A stretch of DNA of 64,000 nt from Macrostomum lignano (lineage: Eukaryota). Below, piece after piece: positions 1 through 11,700 of the stretch. Position 1 is the stretch's first letter. Each line of letters begins with the position of its first letter. The stretch lies in NCBI GenBank assembly GCA_002269645.1, contig NIVC01002755.1, positions 1 through 64,000 on the forward strand, read 5' to 3'. A program made the translations under genes and the position numbers. Under the pieces are notes generated by a model. It did not search any database, was not told the origin of the DNA, and was given only the letters and a program-made list of their open reading frames with translations.

Positions 1-3000
1 CAATCTGTGTTGTGTCGTTTTGACTGAGCTGCGATAAGTACAGCCGCTTGCTGCAAGTTCCATCTGAAAGAGTTTTGAGCACTGATTTGTAACCGACTGG
101 AAGCATTTTTTGAACAGCAAATCTGCAAAGTTGAGCTGCTCACTGTGGCTGAGAACTGCGGGAATTTCGCATACAAACGGAAGGCGCTGCTTTCACTCTC
201 GCAGGCCACGCTGTTCCAGGCCATCCGCTCCCCGATTTCCGCCACAACGCAGCCGTTCGCTGGCGGCTCAGCGTGCCAGCTGTTGAGGTGCAGCCCTAGC
301 GGCGTCCCGTCTGACGCTTCAAACCTGCCGCTGCTGCTGTTGAACTCGCCGTCGATGTGGACAAACTTGTGCGCGGAAACGGCGCTGCGGGATGCAGCAA
401 AACAGATTTTGTTTTATTGCAAAGTGATCCCAGCACGTTGTGTTCTAAAGGTCAATGAACCCACCTGTTTAACAGAGGCCTCATCAGACTGCGAATGATC
501 TGCAGCTCCATCTCGGTGGTCATTCTGGCCAGCCTGCCCGTGCCGTTCCAGGCTGCCGCGGAGCTGCACAGCCGCTGCGCCGCCCGCCTGCTGGCGATGG
601 TGTGGGGCTGCGAGCCCCCGGTAAGCGGCACCCAGTAGCAGAGGCTGCCGTGGCGAAACGTGTTGACAGGGCAGTCTGCGGGAGAGGCCATGTAGGGCAT
701 TTTGTACTTTCATGAAGGTACTTTGATTTGTTTTTTCCATGTACATGCACCTTACCGTTCATAGGGCAGCCGCGCAACTGCAGCTGGGTGTCGCTGGGCT
801 GCCAGTTCTCAGTGAAGTTCAAGGTTAGCGCTGAGGTGCGGACAACCGCGGGCAGACTCTGGCTGGTTCCCAGTGTGCAACTGAATCTCTAAAAAACAGA
901 AATAAGAGCAGTATTATAATTCATTTTCACATCGTGTAGTTTGGCGAAGGAGAACCAGCTCACAAGTTCGTTTCCATGAAGTCTGATTGACTCGGTCGCG
1001 CCGTCTCGCATTGTGACAAACGAGACCGTGAAGGATGCATTGGCTGGAGCGCCGATCAGAGACCAGCCGGTGAGCAAGTGGGGTCTGGCGAGCCGCACCT
1101 GCACGGCTGCTCCAACTAGCTGGGTGGCCATGTCAGATGGTGCCACGAAGCCGCAGTCTACAAAATTGTTTCAAATATTGTTTATACTCGTAACTTCTAA
1201 ACCAATTCAATTTCCTTTTTGATTCAGCTCACCATCGGGATAGCCAAGAAGCTCCATCCTGAGCAGGCATTTGCCAACACAACTTGTTGGGCGAATTTTT
1301 ACGACCTTGGCTTGTATTGGATTGGTAAGAAACATCCTGAGAGCGATGTGGGCGTCTGTCAGGCCAGTGTTGATAGTCTGAAGAGTTTGTTTTGGCAATC
1401 GCAGATTACAATGTCGTATTATGAACTATAATATTTTTCCTGATGTTCTGATGAAAAATTGGTCCAGGAGGTGCGGCCGATTTCAAAACTCAGGGAGTCG
1501 GCAACTCCAGCCCGCAGACCACACAGCGAAGCCATTTATCCGGCCCTCGGATCCTTTGAAACTTGAAATAGCAATCCGGCCCGCTCAAGGTTTGTGTTGC
1601 TTCTCAGCTCTCCTTTCCTTCTCTTCTCTCCTCTCCTCTCCTCTCCTCTCCTCTCCTCTCCTCTCCTCTCCTCTCCTCTCCTCTCCTTCTCTCTCCCTCT
1701 CCTCTCCTCTCCTCTCCTCTCCTCTCCTCTCCTCTCCTCTCCTCTCCTCTCCTCTCCTCTCCTCTCCTCTCCTCTCCTCTCCTCTCCTCTCCTCTCCTCT
1801 CTCTCTCCTCCTCTCCTCTCCTCTCCTCTCCTCTCTCTCCTCTCTTCTCCTCTCTTCTCCTCTCTCTTCTCTCCTCTCCTCTCTCTTCTCTCCTCTCTTC
1901 TCCTCTCTTCTCCTCTCTCTTCTCTTCTCTCCTCTCCTCTCCTCTCCTCTCCTCTTCTCTCCTCTCCTCTCCTCTCCTTCTCCTCTCTCCTCTCCTCTCC
2001 TCTCCTTCCTCTCCTCTCTCTCCTCTCTCTCCTCTCTTCTCCTCTCTTCTCCTCTCTCTTCTCTCCTCTCCTCTCTCTTCTCTCCTCTCTTCTCCTCTCT
2101 TCTCCTCTCTCTTCTCTTCTCTCCTCTCCTCTCCTCTCCTCTCCTCTTCTCTCCTCTCCTCTCTCCTCTCCTATTTAGTCTGTACTTTCTTTTCCTCTGT
2201 CCCGCCACGCACTAGATTCTCTATCTAGCACTTTAAGTGTGTCTGTGTCTACGTAATTTAATACCATAGACTATAGCTCGTAAAATAAGCACATACGTGC
2301 GTATAACGTTACAACACTTTAAAAAAGAATTGGTACTTTTCAGGATAACAGCGAAGGCTTTCAGTTAAAGCATACGAAGATAAAAAAACGACCCGCTAAA
2401 AAGTCTTTATAGAATCTGGTGGTAACTATGAGAGCTTAACTGTTGCAGCTGCAGTGCTTCTAGTAGGAATCTGTGCTCAAGCAGATGGGCGAGCGCCCGA
2501 GTGCTTGCCTGGCAACTACCTGAACTCAAGCAACTCGCACTACCCACACTGCCGGCCCTGTCCGCCAGGTCTGTACTCGAAATCCGCCGGAACTCCGACT
2601 TGAACTTCGCCCTGGCAAGAAAGAAGGGCCTGACCAGATGCGACTGGTGCCCAGGCGGGGCCACCACTGAGAACAGCCACACTTGCCTCAGTGAGTCCAA
2701 TGTATCTAATTTAATCTATATCTGGTGTAGGCAAGGGGAGGGCCATGACCCCCTCCTAGAAACCGACTCCCCTAAAAAAGATTACCTGTCTCTTCCAAGT
2801 AAGGGACATTGTTAATTTAGAATACCATTTAGAATTTCTATTTTACTGTTTAGAATGTCTATTTTAGAATTTACCTCTTTTCGAAAGTCTATTTCAGGTC
2901 CTTGGAATCCCTATAAAAATGTCTCAGAATATCCGTGAACATTCGTTTGCAAGAGAGAACCAAACAAAAAATAACTACTTCAGAAAGAGTGAAGCTGGAC

Positions 3001-5720
3001 TGCAAGCCGGGCGACGCCGGTAGCGAGGTGTGCAAGCGCACAACCGACAGGAAATCCGCCACTTTCGCCACCATCCCGGCCGGCTCTTCGGTGCGCTACC
3101 GACTGGAGCGCCCGGCTAAGCTGGCCAGCATCGTATTCCTGAGAAACAACCACTGCTGCTCAACTGACGTTGAGGGCTTGAAGATCACCCTCTCCGACCA
3201 GAGCTGGTGCACCCTCGACACGGAGCGCATTAAAAAATGGAGCACCAGAAAGTACGCGCGCATGAATCACTGCACCTCCCGAGGCAATATCGAGTACTTT
3301 GACGTGGCCACTTGGAAAAGAAACGGCAGCATGACACTCCGAGAGATCCAGCTTGGCAGCCTGGAACTAACCGAACTTAAGACAAAATTGCCGAACTATA
3401 TGAAATTCCGGGCATGTGTTGATGTACCGCACCGCTTTCTGATTCATCTGAATTCAGCTGACTCTAAGTTAGCTTAGCTTGTATACACCAATGTACGCGG
3501 CCGCCTGTGTACATTCTCTTTCTCCCCCTTAGCATAAAGATTTTCAGTAGCGAGCAACTCAAAGTTTTAAGCCTTATTATTTGTCTAACTTTTAAGCCTA
3601 GATAATATACGAAACCTCAAATATACGATTTCGCACCTGACTCATACCAAGCCTTGTCTTTGTTTACTGGGCGCGACTTGACAATGGCGTCGCAAGCAAG
3701 CAAGCAGCTCCGAGCTAAACTTGGATGACCCAGACACAGCTGAAGCCTGGCTGCTCAGCTTTGCGGCCGCCGCACGAACCAAGAAACTGACGGACACGGA
3801 GGAATAACAGCCAGGGCAGGTCTCAAGGCACTGAGAACACTGAGAACATCGAGACATCATCGATGCGGCAATTCGGTCCAAAAAGTGCCTCGATATTGCC
3901 GAAGCGAGCAAAATTTCTCGCTCTTACGAAGGACCCAAGCGAAAGTGTCGCCCCCTACTACCATTGACTCCTAGCAGCAGCATGCAGCTTTGAGAAGCTA
4001 GAGGCGAAACAGTCCAGCGAGGACGAGCTCATCGCCATGTCGTTCGTGAACGGACTGGCCTCTGTGGACCACAAGCATAGCAACTCTCTGTATAGCATTC
4101 TCTCTGTTGGAGAGAATGCAAGCTACCGACATGCTGCTGGATGATGTGTTGCAAACACTTAGCAACTAGAGCAAATCCGCTGCTAAAACACCAGCACTGG
4201 GGCTGTTGCCACCACCGAGGCCAGCATCACCTATGCAGGGCGGCTCGGCACGCCCTCACAGCCAGCACCGGACACCAGACCACCGAGGAACACGAGCAAG
4301 GCAAAGTGCCAATATTGCGGTGGTTCGCACCTGCAAGGCGCATACCCCGCGTTCGGCAAGCGGCGTACCTTCTGCAACAAAAAGAACCACTTTGCAGCTG
4401 TGTGCAGGTCCCGCACCGTGCATTTGTAGACTTGGGAAAACGATGGCGCCGAGGTAAAACGATTTGTCATCAGACTGCAGCGCAGAGAGCGGAACAGCAT
4501 CTTCCGGCAAGTCAAAATCAATGGCAAGGAACTGCAAATGCAGGTAGACGTGAGCCTCATCCCAAAGGGGCCACTGGGAGGCACTTGGATGCCCAGCACT
4601 CAGGAAATCCAGACGAATTCTGAGACAGTTTGGTGGATCGATCATAAGAACCCTGGGAAGAGTTTACTGCCACGTGGGATGACCGAGAAAAGTTCCACGC
4701 AGTCGACTTGGTGGTCACAGAGGCTGGCAAGTCACATGGACTGCTGGGTCTTAACCATCTGGATCGGAACTACGAAGGACAGGCAGCCAGTGCTCAAGGT
4801 TCCGTAGTGCAACGCCTCAATTGTCTGAAGGGCTTTCAGGCCGGGATTAAGCTGATCGAAGGTGCCGCTGCGCTGCGGACCGCGTCAATCAGGAGTTGAA
4901 GCGTCTCGCAGTGTAGCGCATCATTGAGCCGGTGACGGAAGGCGGCAACGAGTGGGCATCCCCGATCGTCTGCGTTCTAAACCTAATGGCAATGTCAGAA
5001 TTTGCGCCGACTACATGTCGAGGGTGAAGCATCAGGAGTGCAGAGACACCTACTTCATGCCAACCGTCAAGACGATCTTCTCGGACATCGCCGAAATGAC
5101 TGACTTTGCCACTCGCGACCTATCTGACGACTACTTGCAGGAGATGGAGCTCGAGAAGAGCAGAGAGATCACCCCGATTGCTAGACTATAGAAATATCGC
5201 TCGTACAATATGCACTTAGGGTGCATATACAACAAGGTAAAAGAATTTGCCGACCTCTGGCTTACCTGATTCGAACCAACTGCTCCATCGATGAGGCTGT
5301 GCATGCCCAGCTCTGTGTCGCCATAGGAAACCTCCAGTTGAGTTATGTAGGCACCGAAGCCGCTTGAACCCGAGTCGCTGATGCCACTGCCTTGCCAGAC
5401 GAACCCCGTGATCACGTGACGAACGTCCAACCAGATTTTCAGAAAACTGCTGGCTCCAGCTGAAATTCAAAGGAGAAGAAATCAATCCCGATCATTGGTT
5501 ATCCATTGCACCAAGTTTTTTCTTTGCCTAAGTGTCACCTGACGGGAAGAGAAGTGCTGGCGGGAGGCCGCTAATCTGATGCCTGTTCAGCCCCGCCATC
5601 CACGGCGCAGGATAGTGGAAGCTGCTGGCAGGACTTGTTGTCGGCTCCTGGCCCACTGTCAGCTGAGTCAGCTGCACCCGACCGTCCTCAAGGCCAATGT
5701 CCGAGTTGATGTAATCCAGA
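1..5720 (-). CDS. Supermodule 3 (partial): F5/8C, discoidin-like and C-type lectin domains
   Basis: IGLEDGRVQLTQLTV...PWMAGLN; KIWLDVRHVITGFVWQG...YITQLEVSYGD; PIQAKVVKIRPTSCVGKCLLRMELLGYP; VQVRLARPHLLTGWSL; CPVNTFRHGSLCYWV...AAQRLC...WNSVACE...LPFVCE (one -1 frameshift near 185). Confidence 0.78.
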
Positions 5721-8700
5721 GACAAGGGGTCTGTTGGAAAAAAATGGCTTGGTGGTTTTCTAGGGAAATCACAGCTCAGAAGTTTTACGAGTCCATGCAG
5801 CTTACCAATCAGCGGATAGCCGTAGACCTCGAACTCGCATACTGAGAAGTTTCCGGCGGAAGAGTTCGCTTGCAGTCCCGCTACGGATGCAATCTGGAGA
5901 GATGAAACGCCTGCTGTCTTACTCAAGCCTAGCACATTTATTACACACTGAAAAGTAAGAGAGGCCGGGCTCGGCTGCTTACCGAATTCACTTGAACAGT
6001 CCACATGTGGCTCTTCATGAATCCGCCAGTCCAAGTTTCCAACGTCACGACGTCCGAGGAGGACACGTCTGTGCTGTTGCTGATGAAGACGCTGACGCCC
6101 TGCATTTCTTCGTTCAGGTTTTGGACCGCTTCTGAAATTAAGAAATTACCGCTTTTAAGAAGTACAGTAATAATAGCTCGTAATATTAATTAATTGATTG
6201 AACCTGCCCTAACGGGCAGATTGCAGCCGACAGCTCAGCCGCGGCTATTGCGCGGCGCATCTGAAGGCTGCGTGCGGCTGCTCAGTCCAAAGACTGGGGG
6301 TCACCACACACACACTCAATTACCCCAGCTAATGCTGGCACCCATTTTACAGCAGGGTTGAACTGAAGCAATGCAGAGTTGAGTAATATCTTGCTCAAGG
6401 ACACAAATTGTTCCGAGTGGGTCCAGAATCGAACCCCGATCTTTCAGTTGTGATTCCGACGCTCTAACCAATCGGCTACTCCCTGTAGTAATACAGATAA
6501 ATTTTCAATCTTTCGACTTACTGATCGGCTCAACCATGTCGATAATGAAGATGAACACAACTCGGTGAAGCGCCTGCAGATCAACCAGCCAATAAATCGG
6601 CAGATCCTTGCTGCCGCCGTCCGACTGGAAACATCGGCCAGATAAAGCGAGGTTCGCAAAATTACCGTCAACCGCAAGGCCAGAGTTGCTGCCGGCGTTC
6701 GTGTCCGTGGGTCGGTTTCGGGACAGGAGGATCGGGTGGATGGCCTGACTTGTCGAGTCTGCAATTGCGGCGATTGCATGTCAACCCACTGCAATCAACT
6801 TGGCCTTGGCTCTGCCCCATCTACTTACTTGAAGCAACTTGACAGCCGTACAGCTGCCACTTGAGCTCCAGCTTGCGAACCCATTTCACTGGAAACAGTC
6901 GAAGCCCTCGGACCAGCGGCTCCGGCAGCAGGCGATGGCGAGTCACGTGCTTGGCCAAAAAGACGCCGCTGAACTCCTGCAGGAGGAGGAGCTGCCACGC
7001 TGTCTTTGAAATTGATAACCGACTGCAATTTTACCTTCATCCACCTTTGAAATTGATAACCGACTGCAATTTTACCTTCATCCACCTTTGAAATTGATAA
7101 CCGACTGCAATTTTACCATCATCCACCTTTGAAATTGATAACCGACTGCAATTTTACCATCATCCACCTTTGAAATTGATAACCGACTGCAATTTTACCA
7201 TCATCCACCTTTGAAATTGATAACCGACTGCAATTTTACCATCATCCACCTTTGAAATTGATAACCGACTGCAATTTTACCATCATCCACCTTTGAAATT
7301 GATAACCGACTGCAATTTTACCATCATCCACTCACCCTGCCGTTTCGATGCATCATCCAGTACCTGCCATCGTCGCTTACTGCTAACCTGAAGCTGGTCA
7401 CGTAGGTCGATGACTCAGCCACTTGGGTAACGTCTGCACCGCCGCTCAGAGCCAGGGCAAATATTCGCGTTTGATAGTTGAATATCGCCTGCGAAAATGA
7501 CAAAGTATTCGCTTGATTATTCCTGGCTTTATATGGAATTAGAAAAAAAACTAGAAAGTATTGAGGATTCACCTGCACGTAGATGTCACTGCGCATGGCG
7601 TCCGGAGTCATGCTGGAGAGAATTCCAGGCGAAAAAGCCGCCATGCTGCTGTTGTCCGGCACTTCAAAGTACACGTGGGGCGCCATGCTCGCCGCTGTGT
7701 ATGAGTCCGTCTCGACAGTGAAGCTGCGCTTCTTTCTCTTGCTGAGCTGCACGAAGCCTGAGTAGCCGATCTTGTTCACCGCGATTCCGAACGCGCTGTC
7801 CCAGCACCGGGCCAGCTCCTGGCCCTCGGCTGACACGGTCAGCACTGTGAGAGCTGGGAGCTGCTGCCAGCCAACGCTGATGCTCGCAAAGTCATCGGAA
7901 TCGAATGCGACGGCGGCTGTTCCGTTGGCCGGCAGGTCGGCGAGGTGAAAGTCCGCGTGTCCGTAGTCTTTGTGCTCCACGCTGCAGCCGGAGAACTTCA
8001 CGTGACTCCCGTTTCCGCTCAATGCAATTATATAGCGTCTCTGAAATTTGTTTGGAATCGGTTTGTGAAATTTAGCGATTTCAAAGACCCGAAGGATTAA
8101 AACTGCAAATCCTCCTCAGTTACATTCTGAACAGCCGCGTCGTAGCCAAACTGGTCCGTGAGCCAGACCTTCAGCCCCTGCTGCTGAAGCCTCCCGTAGA
8201 AACTGACAAGCTGACGAGTCAACGCTGCCGCGATCACCGAGTCAGGCATCCACTCCAACCTCACCTGGATGTGCTCGTCAATAGTGTAGTCTAGAATGTT
8301 GATGCAGTGCATTGGAAATGCTCTTGAAAATTAGGGTTTGTTTATTTATTTATCGTTAGAAAACTTAAGCTCACTTTCTTTGCCGTACACAATCAGACTA
8401 GTGATGTTGAGGAGGCCGAGTTCGACTCTCTTCACAATGGCCAGAAACCGGGAGGGAGGGCTGCCGGTGCACGGAATGGAATAATTAGTGCCTGTCTGGG
8501 GCACTTCAACAGCGCCGCACTGCTGCCAGTCCCTGAATGCGGACTCGCCCAGTGACCGGTTCCAGGCGGATCCGGTGAGCAGCCGAATCCCGAACTGGCC
8601 GCTCCCTGCAATGCCAGCCCGACTGCGAGCTCGACTTTCCGGACATCGCATTATCAAAGCGGCAGGTCTGACTCACCTCCAATGATTTCCACTCCGTTCA

Positions 8701-11700
8701 GCAGATGGGGACTCTTGAGGTCCAGCAAGAGGCTGTGCATCTCAGTCGCCGCTTGGGCCGTTAGTAACTGAGTAGACACGAGCAGGAAGCCGAGCTCATC
8801 GCGACTGGGGCTCAGCTTCTGGCCATTAAAGTACACCGACTTGAAGTAGGCCAGGTTGTGGGACCACAGCTTCCCATTCCAAGGCGAATAATCGTGCACT
8901 GCAATGGGGCCAGTTTGGCTAATGCAAAAACTGAAACAAGCTCAAATGCAGACCAGCCATTTCTCAGAGAAAATCGAGTCTTACAGCAGCTGTGCCGGAT
9001 GCACGCCTCCATGGTAGAGCTGTCGACATAGCAGTGCGGAGCGCTTGTCCCGTTTGCTGAAATTCGTCCAAATTCTTATGGAAAATTGATGGAGCAGAAT
9101 TTTAAAGAAGAAAATTCGCCTTACTTAAGTACGAGTCGTACTTACGGCTGATACAGTAGTTGTTGAAGTCCCTCGTCTGGGGAGCATCTGAAGGCCAAAG
9201 GTTTTGCAAGCATGCTTTGCCTCCTGCAGTAATGTTCACTGGGTAGATGAAGTTGTCGGAGTCTCCGAGCACGAGCAGGCAGTTATCTGAAAGTGTCAAT
9301 TTTTTCACCGAAGGGTTACAATATGAAGTCTACAACCAATTTAAAGTTGCAAATTTATTCAAAATTCATTACGTTTCATTCGGATGCTGCTGCCAAGGAC
9401 ACTCCCTGACGCGTCAAAGTAGGAAGCTGCGAACGGATGGCCCGACAATTCTGCTCCTGCCTGGCCCAGCAGCAGCGGCTGCAGCGAGTCTGAATCGGTT
9501 TGGAGCTTTCACATGTGCTGGGATAATCTTCCTCATGAGGCAAATAATACCATATTAGGCAGATCACCTTTGTCTCCATCAACAACATCAACAATTCTCG
9601 AGTTCTCATCCGGCAGCCCGTCTAGCAGGTCAGCCGCCGAGCTGGTAGCGAAAATTTCATCGTCCGAAGTTTGCAGATGTCCCAATGAGAACTTGCTCAG
9701 CCTCTCGTCCAGCAGATGCAGCCGGTTGTACAGCAGTTGAAGCGTCGGGCGGGTGCCTGGATCGGGCTGCCTGACAGCAAACAGCTCCGGCTGGTCGCTA
9801 AAGTTGCCAGAGTATTTCACGAAGGCTGCGTGGCTCACACGAAGCCGCTTGCCGCTGCCTTGAAGAATTACAATGGCTTGTTATGAAACATTGTGATTTG
9901 CGCAGCGCTAGCAGATCGCCCAAAGCCTCACCAAGAGCCTGGGGCACCTGACACGCGAACATCTCCTTCTGCCCGCTTGCGGCCGCCACCAATCCAGCCT
10001 GCTGGGTGCTCCACACGCCATGGAGCTCAGATGGCTGATGGAATTTCCACAGAGATGCAGCCACGGGGCTTCCGTCAAGCCAGTGCCAGCCTGTCCGGTT
10101 CCTCGTCATGCCAACGTGCAGCTCGAAGTCAGTCCTGGGGGTGCGGCAGGATCCGCTGATGAAGGAAGTGACCTCGGAGCAAAAGCAGACTGCGACTCAC
10201 CATCTGGCGAGCAGGCTCAGTATCGCTGCATCCTTCACCATCAGCAGGCTGCCCCTCCCCCCGGCCCAGTGGAATGACTGGCACATGGCCTGGGCAGAAG
10301 CCCAGAGAGCTTTCACGGGCGAGAGGTGGTAGCACAGGTCACCGTGAGGCGCGAAGCCCGGCGGGCAGGAAGTCGGCCGCTTTCCAGTAAATGACAGCTC
10401 CAGCGGACTCAGGGAGCCGCTGATCAGCTGGACACTGAGGGAGATCGGAGCCATCAGGATGGGCAGCTCCAAAGTCTGTTGCGATCGGGTGCTCTCGAAC
10501 TGCGGTTGGTTCAGTGTTTGCTTTGCCCATTCAGTGTGGTCAATTCTTAACTATGTAATTCAACGGTGGATTTAATATATGAATATAATTAATCGATAAT
10601 AGTAATAATATATTAATGATGATTGATTACACCTGCCCCAATTGGGCCAGATGTGCAACCGACAGCTCAGCCGCAGCTATTGCGCGGCGCATCTGAAGGC
10701 TGCGTACGACTGTTCAGTCCAAGGACAGGAGGTCGCCACACACACACACACCCTCAATTACCCCAGCTAATGCTGGCACCCATTTTACAGCCGGGTGAAC
10801 TGAAACAATGCAGATTTAAGCGTCTTGCTCATGGACAAATTGTTTCAGTGGGATCGAACATCGAACCCCCGACCTTCAAGTCGTAAGTCCGACGCTCTAA
10901 CCACTAGGCTAAAATCCCCTGCAATACGGATAAAAATTTAAAACTGCAAATCACTCACCAGCCAATCGCTGTCATGGACCTTCACCATTTGGGACGGCTC
11001 TCCAGCGACTTCTGTAAAGGACACGACGAAACAGAGGTACTCGGAGCTGGTCCGGTTGATAACTATGCTGTTGAGGTGGTGAACGGTCCCGAAGCTGACG
11101 GACAGCGTGCCCGGTTCAGTCTGTGCGACAAGCGCGTCTGATATCGAGGCCGAGTCTGAAATGCATGTCGGCACAGTTGTTGATGAACAATATCGCAATA
11201 TCGTTGCTACCTTTGCGCAGATTGCTGCTCATGTCTTGGCACGTACCTGGGTCACGAGGGTGGCCCAGCAGGTCCAGCTTCAGCTGCACCATCCTACAAT
11301 AATTGAGCAGTTCAAGCTTAAGCAGCTTCGCTGAGATGGAGCCGTTAAAGTAGACCCGGGCCACCTCTATTGCGTTTTTGGGTCCGTAGTAGAGGCTCTG
11401 AAAGTGAGCAAAATTGCTTTGAAAGAAAAATCTCCAAAGCTTCAGAACGGACTGACCGCTTTGCGGCTTCACTCTAAGTTTACCTGGTCGCCACTGTTCG
11501 GACTTGTGATGTACCGCAGCTGATCGCTGTCTCCGCTGGGCGCGTACTGAATCTTGAAAGTCCTGACAACGCCGTAGAGGCCGCTACCGTAGTGCCCGTG
11601 ACCGCCCTGCATTAGCAGGCCTGTCAGCCTGAACACCTGCGGCAGGAATATCAGCAGCTTCTGATTCTCCGGCCGCATGGCGTGGTGAAAGCTTTCGTCG

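Noticed and set aside
1421-2215. Leu/Ser-rich and Arg/Glu-rich ORFs
   Set aside because: Translations of the (CTCTC)n microsatellite.
6420-6485. tRNA gene
   Set aside because: The A/B boxes belong to a SINE head attached to a repeated body; there is no complete cloverleaf. The same applies to 10850-10919.
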